From an uncultured Bacteroides sp. (GTDB taxonomy: Bacteria; Bacillota; Clostridia; Lachnospirales; Lachnospiraceae), in NCBI GenBank assembly GCA_964553965.1, contig CAZKMB010000005.1, forward strand, positions 2,474 through 66,473: a stretch of DNA of 64,000 nt. The letters are read 5' to 3'. A program made the position numbers and the translations under genes. The notes under the pieces were generated by a model, which had not been told where the DNA came from, made no database searches, and saw nothing but the letters and a program-made list of their open reading frames with translations. Of this stretch, positions 28,831 to 37,669 are shown in pieces. Every line of letters begins with the position of its first letter. The first letter of the stretch is position 1.

Positions 28831-30699
28831 ATGCCATCACAATTTTTAGGACTTAATACAGGGCTTTCGGGTCTTTCGTATTTTCAGTCAGCATTAAATA
28901 CAACTTCACACAACATATCCAATGCAAACACAAAGGGATATTCCCGTCAGGAGATTCTGGCATCGGCCGCAAACCCGGTGAGCTACAAACAGACCTACGG
29001 AATGATGGGAACAGGTGTAAAGGGTGAGAGCATAGACAGACTGAGAAATGAATTTTATGACAATAAGTACTGGAAGGCAAATTGCAAGTATTATCAGTAT
29101 ACAGCTCAGTATGACAACCTTTCACAGCTTCAGACCTACATGAATGAAATGTCAGGAGAATCCGGGTATACAGCGTGGCTTTCGCGATTATCACAATCAT
29201 TGCAGGATTTGGCAGACAATCCGGCAGATGACACAACCAGAATATCATACACACTTACGGCAGATTCATTTACGGATGTGATAAATGAACTTGGCACCAA
29301 TTTTCAGATAACCCAGAAATCTATAAATGATGAGATTGAGCTTGCCATAAGTGAGATAAATTCCCAGGCGAAACAGATATATGAGCTTACACAGCAGATA
29401 ATAAATGTTGAGTTAAAGGGTGGAAATGCCAACGATTTAAGAGACAAAAGAGGGGTATGTATCGATACTCTGTCAAAATATGTTGATGTTGAAGTGGAAG
29501 AGAGATCCATTATGTACGGAAACGGAGTTGAGGCGGTACCGTCTAATGGTGAAACCTTGTGTATAAGAATAAACGGTATGGTTCTTGTGGATGAGCTTGA
29601 GGTAAATGAGCTTATGATTGTTCCGAGAACCCAGAAAGTAAATCAGACAGATGTAGAAGGCCTTGTGGACATTGCGTGGAAGTGTGCAGACGGAACCGCA
29701 GGAGAACGATTTGATGTCCTTGATACAGAGGGCAAGCTCCACGGCCTTGTGGATATCAGAGACGGTAATAATGCAGAAAATTTTAAAGGTACCATAACAG
29801 CACTTACAGATAATCCGCCGACAGCAACGGTGAAATTAAGCAAGTCAATAAATATAGATACGTTGAATATCCCTAATCAGGGAACCATAACTCTCGCAGG
29901 TAAGGAATATCTTTACGACGGATGGGAAGCTGAGTATGATGCAGATGGTTTTCTTAACAATTTTACATTTAAGAATATGACCATGATAAATGAAAAAGGT
30001 GTTGAGATTGCTGCTGTATTTCCGGTTCAGACTCTTAATAATACCGCTCAGTTTGGTGAGACCAATATAGTTAAGGGTATTCCTTATTACATGGCAAGAC
30101 TGAACGAGCTGGTCAGAACATTTTCAAAATACATGAATGATTTGACAACATCGGGAGTTGATGCCAACGGGGATGCGGGTTTGGATATGTTTACGGCATC
30201 TGACCCGGACGGAAAAGATTACTCCTTTGTGGGAGCTATGCAGGGAACAGGCAGTATAACTTCCTCAGACAGCACATATTACCAGCTCACAGGACTTAAC
30301 TGGGAACTTAATTCAGATTGGAAGAATGACCCGGACAAGGTGGTAGTGTCATATGCGGATGATATTTCCCAGGGAAATATAGAATCAAGACCTATAGTTG
30401 ACAGGATAATTTTTGGTATGACAGATCCGTCCATGTTTACACAGGGTACGGTTTCTCAATTTATGCAGTCTGTCACAACCACAATGGCGGTGGATATAGC
30501 TAAAACAAAGGTATTTGCATCTAACCATGATGACATAAGATATACCATAGACGGACAGAGACAATCGGTATCCGGCGTGGACACAAACGAGGAAACGGCG
30601 AATCTTACCAAATTCCAGCATTTGTATGATTTGGCATCACAGGTTATATCGGTGTTGAATGAGGTGTACGATAAACTCATAAATGATACCGGAAGATAG
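28831..30699 (+). CDS. flgK: Flagellar hook-associated protein FlgK (copy 2, divergent)
   Basis: 'GLSYFQSALNTTSHNISNANTKGYSRQ', C-term 'SVSGVDTNEETANLTKFQHLY'. Confidence 0.9.
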   Translation: MPSQFLGLNTGLSGLSYFQSALNTTSHNISNANTKGYSRQEILASAANPVSYKQTYGMMGTGVKGESIDRLRNEFYDNKYWKANCKYYQYTAQYDNLSQLQTYMNEMSGESGYTAWLSRLSQSLQDLADNPADDTTRISYTLTADSFTDVINELGTNFQITQKSINDEIELAISEINSQAKQIYELTQQIINVELKGGNANDLRDKRGVCIDTLSKYVDVEVEERSIMYGNGVEAVPSNGETLCIRINGMVLVDELEVNELMIVPRTQKVNQTDVEGLVDIAWKCADGTAGERFDVLDTEGKLHGLVDIRDGNNAENFKGTITALTDNPPTATVKLSKSINIDTLNIPNQGTITLAGKEYLYDGWEAEYDADGFLNNFTFKNMTMINEKGVEIAAVFPVQTLNNTAQFGETNIVKGIPYYMARLNELVRTFSKYMNDLTTSGVDANGDAGLDMFTASDPDGKDYSFVGAMQGTGSITSSDSTYYQLTGLNWELNSDWKNDPDKVVVSYADDISQGNIESRPIVDRIIFGMTDPSMFTQGTVSQFMQSVTTTMAVDIAKTKVFASNHDDIRYTIDGQRQSVSGVDTNEETANLTKFQHLYDLASQVISVLNEVYDKLINDTGR

Positions 30700-30716
30700 A
30701 TACAGTCAGGAGGTAA

Positions 30717-32252
30717 ATGCTCATGAGAATTACAAACCAGATGATTACAAATAATTCTCTCCGTAATATGCAAAAAAGTATGACTAAGGTCAACAAGCAT
30801 ACAGAACAGATGACAACCGGAAAAAAGATATCTCAGGCATCGGAAGATCCTGTTATTGCAATCAGGGCATTAAAGCTCAGAACAACTGTTAATCAGCTTG
30901 AACAGTACAAAAATAAAAATATACTTGATGCCCAGTCATGGCTGGATATATCCACAACATCTTTGAAAAATATAACTGACAGAATTGAGGATATAGAAGA
31001 TTACTGTGTTCAGGGTTCTACGGATTCCTTCAACTCAACAGACAGAAGTGCCATTATAGATGCATTAAAAGAACTTAAAGATATGATAAACAGTGAAGGA
31101 AATTCTACTTATGCCGGAAGATACATTTTCTCCGGATATAAAACTGACAGACCACTTTCCTTTACGGAGACAGAGGACACAACAAAGTACTCATACGATA
31201 TTACCCAGCATTTTACACCGGATGTTCTTGAAACAAAAAATGTTGTTTTAGACGGCGTTGATTATACAAAACTGGATGATTATATAAACGGAACAGATAC
31301 ATATACTCTTCCTAATCCTGAGATGGTGTACAGACTTAATCTGGCTTATGAAAATATAAATCAGACAAATAACAAAGGTGACAACGTTTTAACTCTTACA
31401 GCCAAGGATGCAGCGGGCAACGATATAGATTTAACCGGATTTAACACTACAGTTATCCCTGCAAACCGGTCGCATGATTATTATGCGGTGGGAGCGGATG
31501 ATGTTCATATCATAGAAGAAACCGGAGAAATCATATTTGGAGAAAATGTATATAACACACTAAAAAATGCTGAGGATATACAGGTGACATATGCTAAAAC
31601 CCAGGTGAATAAGGGTGAGCTAAGGCCGGAACATTACTTTGAGTGTACCCAATACACTGTTCAGCCTGACGGAAGCGTAAAAGAGGTGGATTACACTCAG
31701 CCGGAAAGCGGCCAGAAGATATATTATGAGGTGAATTTTAACCAGAGCCTTCAGGTTAATACTGAGGGAAGTAAACTTATATCTCCGGAGATGAGCAACA
31801 ATATAAATGACCTTGTATATGCGCTGACGGACCTTCAGGCAGCGGAAAAAACACAGGATAAGCTTAAATCCATGCTGGAAGACACACAGTATGCATCAAA
31901 TGATGCGGCGGTTGCCCAGATTGAGAAGATGTTAAAAGATATCGATACGGAAATTGCCGTAAAAAAGGAAAATATGCAGAAAATATTTTCACACAACATA
32001 TCAAATTTCCAGAATTATATGTATCAGATATCTGCTGTAGAGTCTGACGTGGGAAGTAGGATGTCAAAGCTCAATATGATAAGCACCAGAGTCAGCGAAC
32101 AGTATGCATCATTTAAAGAACTCAAATCTTCAAATGAGGACGTAAAGACTGATGAGGCAATTATAGATTTTAATCAGGCAGAGCTTGTGTATGAATCAGC
32201 TCTTGCGGCAACAAGTAATATAATAACTAAAACATTACTGGATTACCTGTAA
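30717..32252 (+). CDS. flgL: Flagellar hook-associated protein 3
   Basis: 'MRITNQM', 'TTGKKISQASEDP', 'AGRYIFSGYKTD', 'YESALAATSNIITKTLLDYL'. Confidence 0.9.
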   Translation: MLMRITNQMITNNSLRNMQKSMTKVNKHTEQMTTGKKISQASEDPVIAIRALKLRTTVNQLEQYKNKNILDAQSWLDISTTSLKNITDRIEDIEDYCVQGSTDSFNSTDRSAIIDALKELKDMINSEGNSTYAGRYIFSGYKTDRPLSFTETEDTTKYSYDITQHFTPDVLETKNVVLDGVDYTKLDDYINGTDTYTLPNPEMVYRLNLAYENINQTNNKGDNVLTLTAKDAAGNDIDLTGFNTTVIPANRSHDYYAVGADDVHIIEETGEIIFGENVYNTLKNAEDIQVTYAKTQVNKGELRPEHYFECTQYTVQPDGSVKEVDYTQPESGQKIYYEVNFNQSLQVNTEGSKLISPEMSNNINDLVYALTDLQAAEKTQDKLKSMLEDTQYASNDAAVAQIEKMLKDIDTEIAVKKENMQKIFSHNISNFQNYMYQISAVESDVGSRMSKLNMISTRVSEQYASFKELKSSNEDVKTDEAIIDFNQAELVYESALAATSNIITKTLLDYL

Positions 32253-32272
32253 GAAAAATGGGAGGGCTTTAG

Positions 32273-32737
32273 ATGATAGCAGAAACTAAATTTTTTGGAA
32301 CAATCGACATTGAGGAAGAGAAGATCATTTATTTTCCTATGGGGATTATTGGATTTGAAAACCTTAAAAATTTTGCCCTGATTTATGATTCAGAGAGGGA
32401 AGAACGATCAAAGATAAGCTGGCTTCAGTCTATGGATGACCCGATGATGGTTTTTCCTGTGATAAATCCGATAGATATTATTGAAAATTATGCACCGACA
32501 ATTGAAGATGAGCTTGTCAAGAACATAGGTGACCCGGCAGATGCTGATATACTTATCTTTGTTACTATGTCGATACCATCGGATATCACAAAGATGACAG
32601 CAAATCTCAAGGCACCTCTAATCATAAACACAGTGGACAGAAAAGCTATGCAGGTTATAGTTGAAAATGATGAATATGAGGTTAAGTATAATGTATACGA
32701 TGCCGTAGAGAGACTTAAAAGCAAGGAGGGTGAGTAA
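32273..32737 (+). CDS. fliW: Flagellar assembly factor / CsrA antagonist
   Basis: 'IIYFPMGIIGFE', 'WLQSMDDP', 'MTANLKAPLIIN'. Confidence 0.92.
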   Translation: MIAETKFFGTIDIEEEKIIYFPMGIIGFENLKNFALIYDSEREERSKISWLQSMDDPMMVFPVINPIDIIENYAPTIEDELVKNIGDPADADILIFVTMSIPSDITKMTANLKAPLIINTVDRKAMQVIVENDEYEVKYNVYDAVERLKSKEGE

Positions 32738-32738
32738 T

Positions 32739-32954
32739 ATGTTGGCACTATCAAGAAAACAGGGTGAAACAATTGTGATAGGAAGCGATATAGAAATCAC
32801 AGTTCTTGAAATTAAGGGAGAACAGATTAAACTTGGCATATCTGCGCCAAAGAGTGTTCCTGTATACCGTAAGGAATTGTATGCGCAGATTAAGGATGCT
32901 AACAGGGAAACTGTGAGCACATTGGATCTGGACAGTTTAAAAAAAATACTTTAA
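32739..32954 (+). CDS. csrA: Carbon storage regulator
   Basis: 'MLALSRKQGETIVIG...IKLGISAPKSVPVYRKEL'. Confidence 0.96.
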   Translation: MLALSRKQGETIVIGSDIEITVLEIKGEQIKLGISAPKSVPVYRKELYAQIKDANRETVSTLDLDSLKKIL

Positions 32955-32968
32955 TAATAAAACAGGTA

Positions 32969-32996
32969 TAAACTTTTTATTGACCTTTGACGATAA
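32969..32996 (+). promoter_or_regulatory. Sigma28 promoter of flaG-fliD-fliS
   Basis: TAAA-N16-GACGATAA. Confidence 0.7.
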
Positions 32997-33062
32997 AAAG
33001 AATAGATATATTGTAAATAGGTGCATTTTGCACTGTTTTTTCTCACATGGAGGTGTATGAAA

Positions 33063-33515
33063 ATGGCAATCGATAAAATCGGAGGAATTGGCGCTTTAAA
33101 CGTAAGCAGCCAGACAAAGATAAGACAACCGGAAAAGGATATTCAGGTGTCTGAGGTAAATTATACAGATGCGCAGGTTAAGACGGAGTACTCTGCCCCT
33201 GTTGTACCAAAATCAAACAGCAGCAATACCGGAACTGATCCGAGAAATCAGGGCAGAGGCAGCGTTCAGTCTGAAAGAGAGATATCACCGGATAAGGTTA
33301 AGTCTGCGGTGGATGATTTGAATAAGCAGGTGAAGAGTAATCTCAGACATACACAGTGCAGTTTTAAGTATCACGAGGAAACAAATCGTATATCCATAAC
33401 TGTAACAGATAGCGATACAGATGAAGTTATAAGAGAGATACCACCTGAGAAAGCTCTCGACATGCTTGCAAAGGCATGGGAACTTGCAGGTCTTATGGTG
33501 GATGAGAGAAGATAG
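33063..33515 (+). CDS. flaG: FlaG family protein
   Basis: 'FKYHEETNRISITVTDSDTDEVIREIPPEK', 'AGLMVDERR'. Confidence 0.9.
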   Translation: MAIDKIGGIGALNVSSQTKIRQPEKDIQVSEVNYTDAQVKTEYSAPVVPKSNSSNTGTDPRNQGRGSVQSEREISPDKVKSAVDDLNKQVKSNLRHTQCSFKYHEETNRISITVTDSDTDEVIREIPPEKALDMLAKAWELAGLMVDERR

Positions 33516-33533
33516 TCGGAAAGGGGTTTTAGT

Positions 33534-35480
33534 ATGTCCGGTATTAGAATGACAGGTCTTGTATCAGGTATGGACACAGAGAGCATGGTTCAGGAATTGG
33601 TAAAAGCCAGCTCGACAAAGGTTGACAATGTAAAAAAAGAAAAACAGCTCCTTGAATGGAAGAAGGAGACATGGCAGAGTCTTAATACCAAGATATATGA
33701 CTTTTATAAAAATGAATTAACAGCTCTGAAGACTAACAGTACTTTTAAGGGTAAGAAAGCTGAGGTAAACGATACAACCAAAGTATCCGTTGATGCGAAA
33801 TCGGGAGCGACTGACGGAACTCATACAGTATCCGTAAAGCAGCTTGCATCCTCAGCATATCTCACAGGAACCAATATAAAAACCACAGGTAAGGTATTTA
33901 CATCCTACAATTCTGCTGATACAGCAATGGATTTTTCCAAGATGACAGATGTATCAGGGAACAGCCTTAACCTTACCGGTAAGACAATATCCATATCGGA
34001 CGGAACAAAAACTCTTTCTTATGTATTGGGAGGAGAAGGTGAAAATGGTGTTGCAAACCTTGATGAACTTAACTCCAAGCTTGAGGCAGAGACAGGATTT
34101 AAACTCAGAGCTGTGGTAAAAGATGGTGCGATAGCATTTGAAAATGGTTCTGCAGATGTGGATGAAAACGGAGAAACTGTTGGAACAACATACCAAATCG
34201 ATGCTGATGCCCTTGGTGTATCAGGAACCTTAGATTATAAGAATGACGAGGAGACAGGCCGCTCGGCAAGGCTTACAGGCAGTCTTAATGTATATTCTCC
34301 AAGTCAGTTATCAAGCAGCGATATCGGTTCATCAACCCGCCTTAAGGATCTTGGAATTGCCGTGGGAACATCCTTTAGCGTAAAGGGTAAAGAGTTTGTT
34401 GTCGATGACAACACCACATTGGCAAGCTTTGCGGAAGGTTTATCAAAACTCGGAGTATCTGCTAACTTTGATGCAAAACAGGGCAGATTCTATATAAATG
34501 CAACCGGAACCGGAGCTGAAAATGATTTCAATATCACTTCTACATCTGCTGATGCTCTTGATATATTGGGACTGGGCGCAGGCTCAACAAAGATTGATGC
34601 AAGGGATGCAATAATTGATTATAATGGTGTGGAATATACCGGCAGTAAAAATACATTTGAGATTAACGGTCTTAGCATAACTGCCAAGGCTGTTACAGGG
34701 ACTTATGATGCAACAACAGGAGCCTTCACAAATGATGCTCCTATAAATATAAATGTTAGTACTGACACAGATGGTGCCTACAATGCAATTAAGAATTTTG
34801 TCAAGAAGTATAATGAACTTATTGACGAGATGAATACTTTGTATGACGAGAAAAAGACTTCATATGAGCCACTTACTGATGAGGAAAAAAGTCAGCTTTC
34901 AGATACTCAGATAGAAAAGTGGGAGGAGAATGCCAAGAAAGGCATATTGAGAAGAGATTCAACCATTAACAGTCTTCTGTCCAATATGAGAAGCATACTC
35001 AACAGTTCTATAGAAGTTACAAATGCTGACGGAACAACATCTAAGTATACTTTGTCCTCTTTAGGTATAGTTACAGGTGACTATTCTGAAAAGGGAAAAC
35101 TTCATATACTGGGTGATGAGGACGATGCAGCTTATGCTTCAGAGACAAACAAGTTAAAAGAAGCTCTTTCGTCAAAACCTGAGATTTTCTCACAGGTGTT
35201 TGCCGGAACCAAGGATAAAGCAGGATTTGGTTTTAAGATGTACACATCACTTTCCGATGCTATGTCATATAAGGAAAACAGAAGAAGTTCCTTTACTGTT
35301 TATGATAATCTTACCATGGACAATGAGATTGATGACTATGATGATGAGATAGAAAAATGGCAGGAAAAACTGCAAAATCTGGAAGATAAGTACTATGACC
35401 AGTTTGCGGCTATGGAAAGTGCCATGGCAAAGTTACAGTCGCAGCAGTCATATATTTCATCCCTTATGGGCGGTATGTAA
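33534..35480 (+). CDS. fliD: Flagellar filament cap protein
   Basis: 'GLVSGMDTESMV', 'IKNFVKKYNELI', 'YYDQFAAMESAMAKLQSQ'. Confidence 0.93.
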   Translation: MSGIRMTGLVSGMDTESMVQELVKASSTKVDNVKKEKQLLEWKKETWQSLNTKIYDFYKNELTALKTNSTFKGKKAEVNDTTKVSVDAKSGATDGTHTVSVKQLASSAYLTGTNIKTTGKVFTSYNSADTAMDFSKMTDVSGNSLNLTGKTISISDGTKTLSYVLGGEGENGVANLDELNSKLEAETGFKLRAVVKDGAIAFENGSADVDENGETVGTTYQIDADALGVSGTLDYKNDEETGRSARLTGSLNVYSPSQLSSSDIGSSTRLKDLGIAVGTSFSVKGKEFVVDDNTTLASFAEGLSKLGVSANFDAKQGRFYINATGTGAENDFNITSTSADALDILGLGAGSTKIDARDAIIDYNGVEYTGSKNTFEINGLSITAKAVTGTYDATTGAFTNDAPININVSTDTDGAYNAIKNFVKKYNELIDEMNTLYDEKKTSYEPLTDEEKSQLSDTQIEKWEENAKKGILRRDSTINSLLSNMRSILNSSIEVTNADGTTSKYTLSSLGIVTGDYSEKGKLHILGDEDDAAYASETNKLKEALSSKPEIFSQVFAGTKDKAGFGFKMYTSLSDAMSYKENRRSSFTVYDNLTMDNEIDDYDDEIEKWQEKLQNLEDKYYDQFAAMESAMAKLQSQQSYISSLMGGM

Positions 35481-35502
35481 ATAATATGGAGGACTAATAG
35501 AT

Positions 35503-35898
35503 ATGGCATATAATGCAGCCAAAGCATATGGAAATAACAAAATAACTACGGCATCACAGGCTGAACTTACGCTTATGCTGTATGACGGGGCTGTTAAATT
35601 CTGTAATATTGCAGTTGTAGCTCTGGAAAAACGTGATTATGAGACAGTCAACATCAATATACAAAAATGCAGGAATATAATAGTGGAATTAAAAACCACG
35701 CTAAATCACAAGTATCCTGTAGCAGATGATTTTGAGAGATTGTATGATTACATATTTACTCTTTTGGTAGATGCAAATATGAAAAAGGATATGGAACTGC
35801 TACAGAGAGCCCAGGCTGAAATAAGGGATATCAGAGATATATGGAAGCAGATTATGGGTTGTACCAAAGGGCCACAGTTGATACTTGATACAAAATAA
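35503..35898 (+). CDS. fliS: Flagellin export chaperone
   Basis: 'ELTLMLYDGAVKF', 'LYDYIFTLLVDAN'. Confidence 0.93.
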   Translation: MAYNAAKAYGNNKITTASQAELTLMLYDGAVKFCNIAVVALEKRDYETVNINIQKCRNIIVELKTTLNHKYPVADDFERLYDYIFTLLVDANMKKDMELLQRAQAEIRDIRDIWKQIMGCTKGPQLILDTK

Positions 35899-35915
35899 GG
35901 ATTGTGAGGTGTGGT

Positions 35916-36398
35916 ATGAATCAAACGATGACCTATGTTAACATAATGCAGGAATCCCTTGAAAGGAAAGAGCGATATCTCAAAGAGATATTGGATCTTA
36001 CAAAGGAGCAGGAATGTATTGCTAAGGAGAAGAAATTCGATGAGGAAGCATTTAACAAAATCATCGATAGAAAAGATATCCTTATAAATAACGTTAATGA
36101 GATAGATAAGGGTTTCACTGCCGTATATGACAGAGTTAGATCGGAAGTCATGGAAAATAAGCACTTATATGCCGAACAGCTTGTGAGTATGCAGGAACTG
36201 ATAAGAAAGTGTGTGGATCTCGGTATGGAGATAGAGGCACAGGAAAACAGAAACCGTGCTACTCTTGAACAGGTTTTTTCCGTGGGTTTTAAGGGTATAA
36301 AACAGGTTAAACAGTCAAAAAAGGCTGCTAATAAATATTATAAAGCCATGTCCAACGGTAATGTAAATGACTCTGTTTTGTATGACAGAAAAAAATAA
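35916..36398 (+). CDS. FlgN/FliT-like helical flagellar chaperone
   Basis: Helical 160 aa after fliS (fliT position); 'LERKERYLKEILDLTKEQ'. Confidence 0.6.
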   Translation: MNQTMTYVNIMQESLERKERYLKEILDLTKEQECIAKEKKFDEEAFNKIIDRKDILINNVNEIDKGFTAVYDRVRSEVMENKHLYAEQLVSMQELIRKCVDLGMEIEAQENRNRATLEQVFSVGFKGIKQVKQSKKAANKYYKAMSNGNVNDSVLYDRKK

Positions 36399-36418
36399 AA
36401 AAAAATCAACAAAAGGGG

Positions 36419-36445
36419 TTAAGTATATAAAAATAGCTCCGATAT
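36419..36445 (+). promoter_or_regulatory. Sigma28 promoter of flagellin, preceded by an A-tract (UP-like)
   Basis: TTAA-N15-TCCGATAT. Confidence 0.75.
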
Positions 36446-36542
36446 ATATAGTGTAAGGAACAAACAAATCTGTTCCGGACAAAACGGTAGTTACTCTTCG
36501 GAGAATTACATATATTATAACGGTGGCGTTGACCACTAGTAC

Positions 36543-36579
36543 ATCTCGCAAGGAAGCGAGATTATATTCAAGGAGGAAT
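36543..36579 (+). promoter_or_regulatory. Two CsrA-binding sites in the flagellin leader
   Basis: ATCTCGC-AAGGAA-GCGAGAT hairpin with GGA in the loop; ATTC-AAGGAG-GAAT overlapping the RBS; same arrangement as B. subtilis hag BS1/BS2; csrA and fliW nearby. Confidence 0.8.
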
Positions 36580-36583
36580 TATT

Positions 36584-37402
36584 ATGGTAGTACAACACAA
36601 CATGCAGGCAATCAACACTAACAGAATGTTAGGACAGAATGTTAAGGCAGTAGCTAAATCAACAGAGAAGTTATCATCAGGTTATTCAGTTAACAGAGCA
36701 GCAGATGATGCAGCTGGTCTTTCAATTTCTGAGAAGATGAGAAACCAGATTCGTGGTATCAATCAGGCTGTTAAGAACGCAGAGGATGGTGTATCACTTA
36801 TCCAGACTGCAGAAGGTAACATGAACGAGATTCACAGTATCCTTCAGAGAATGGGTGAGCTTGCTACTAAGGCAGCCAACGACGTTAATGCAACTGAGGA
36901 TCGTGTAGCTATTAAGGATGAGATTGATCAGCTCCTTGATGAGATTGATGCTATTTCTCAGAAGGCTGAGTTCAACGGAACTAAGCTTCTTACCGGATCA
37001 TTCACAGGCAAGTATCTTCAGGTTGGTGCAGGTACAGGCGCAAGAGAGCATATGAAGATTGATATCAGCTCAATGAGTGCTTCTAAGCTTGGAATTGGGG
37101 GCTTAACAGTATCTTCTCATAGTGTAGCACAGTCATCTATGACTAAGATTACAAAGGCTATCAAGACTGTATCAGCAGCAAGATCAAAACTTGGAGCTAT
37201 CCAGAACAGACTTGACTACACAATCAACAACCTTGAGAACTACTCAGAGAACTTAACATCAGCTGAGTCACAGATTCGTGATACTGATATGGCAGCTGAG
37301 ATGACTACTTATACTAAGACTAGCATTCTCCAGCAGGCTGCTCAGTCAATGCTTGCACAGGCAAATCAGTCTACTCAGGGTGTACTTTCATTACTTCAGT
37401 AA
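36584..37402 (+). CDS. fliC: Flagellin (short, 272 aa, D0-D1 only)
   Basis: 'MVVQHNM', 'EKLSSGYSVNRAADDAAGLSISEKMR', 'SQIRDTDMAAEM', 'AQANQSTQGVLSLLQ'. Confidence 0.97.
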   Translation: MVVQHNMQAINTNRMLGQNVKAVAKSTEKLSSGYSVNRAADDAAGLSISEKMRNQIRGINQAVKNAEDGVSLIQTAEGNMNEIHSILQRMGELATKAANDVNATEDRVAIKDEIDQLLDEIDAISQKAEFNGTKLLTGSFTGKYLQVGAGTGAREHMKIDISSMSASKLGIGGLTVSSHSVAQSSMTKITKAIKTVSAARSKLGAIQNRLDYTINNLENYSENLTSAESQIRDTDMAAEMTTYTKTSILQQAAQSMLAQANQSTQGVLSLLQ

Positions 37403-37413
37403 TCTAATTATTG

Positions 37414-37454
37414 ACAAGATACAGGCTGGCTCGAAAGGGTCAGCCGTATTTTGT
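37414..37454 (+). terminator. Intrinsic terminator after flagellin
   Basis: GGCTGGCT-CGAA-AGGGTCAGCC stem followed by TATTTTGT. Confidence 0.7.
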
Positions 37455-37472
37455 ATAAGCGATGAGCCAAGT

Positions 37473-37640
37473 ACATATAAATGAAAAGGCATAGATTTGT
37501 GCTTGCACAAAAATCTATGCCTTTTCATTTATATGTGTTTGGCGAACGCCAAACACCGAGCCGTTAGGCGAGGTGCGGCACATGATCGAGCCGCCAGGCG
37601 AGGTGCGGCACATGACCGAGCCGCCAGGCGAGGTGCGGCA
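37473..37640. repeat. REP-like composite: perfect 26-bp-arm hairpin centred on GCTTGC, a 22-bp hairpin (10-bp arms), and three 30-bp tandem repeats
   Basis: ACATATAAATGAAAAGGCATAGATTT and its exact reverse complement (37473-37536); GTGTTTGGCG-AA-CGCCAAACAC (37535-37556); (C/T)CGAGCCG(TT/CC)AGGCGAGGTGCGGCA-CATGA x3 (37556-37640, third copy truncated). Confidence 0.9.
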
Positions 37641-37669
37641 GCGCGACAGGTGAGGTAAGGAGGACTAAA

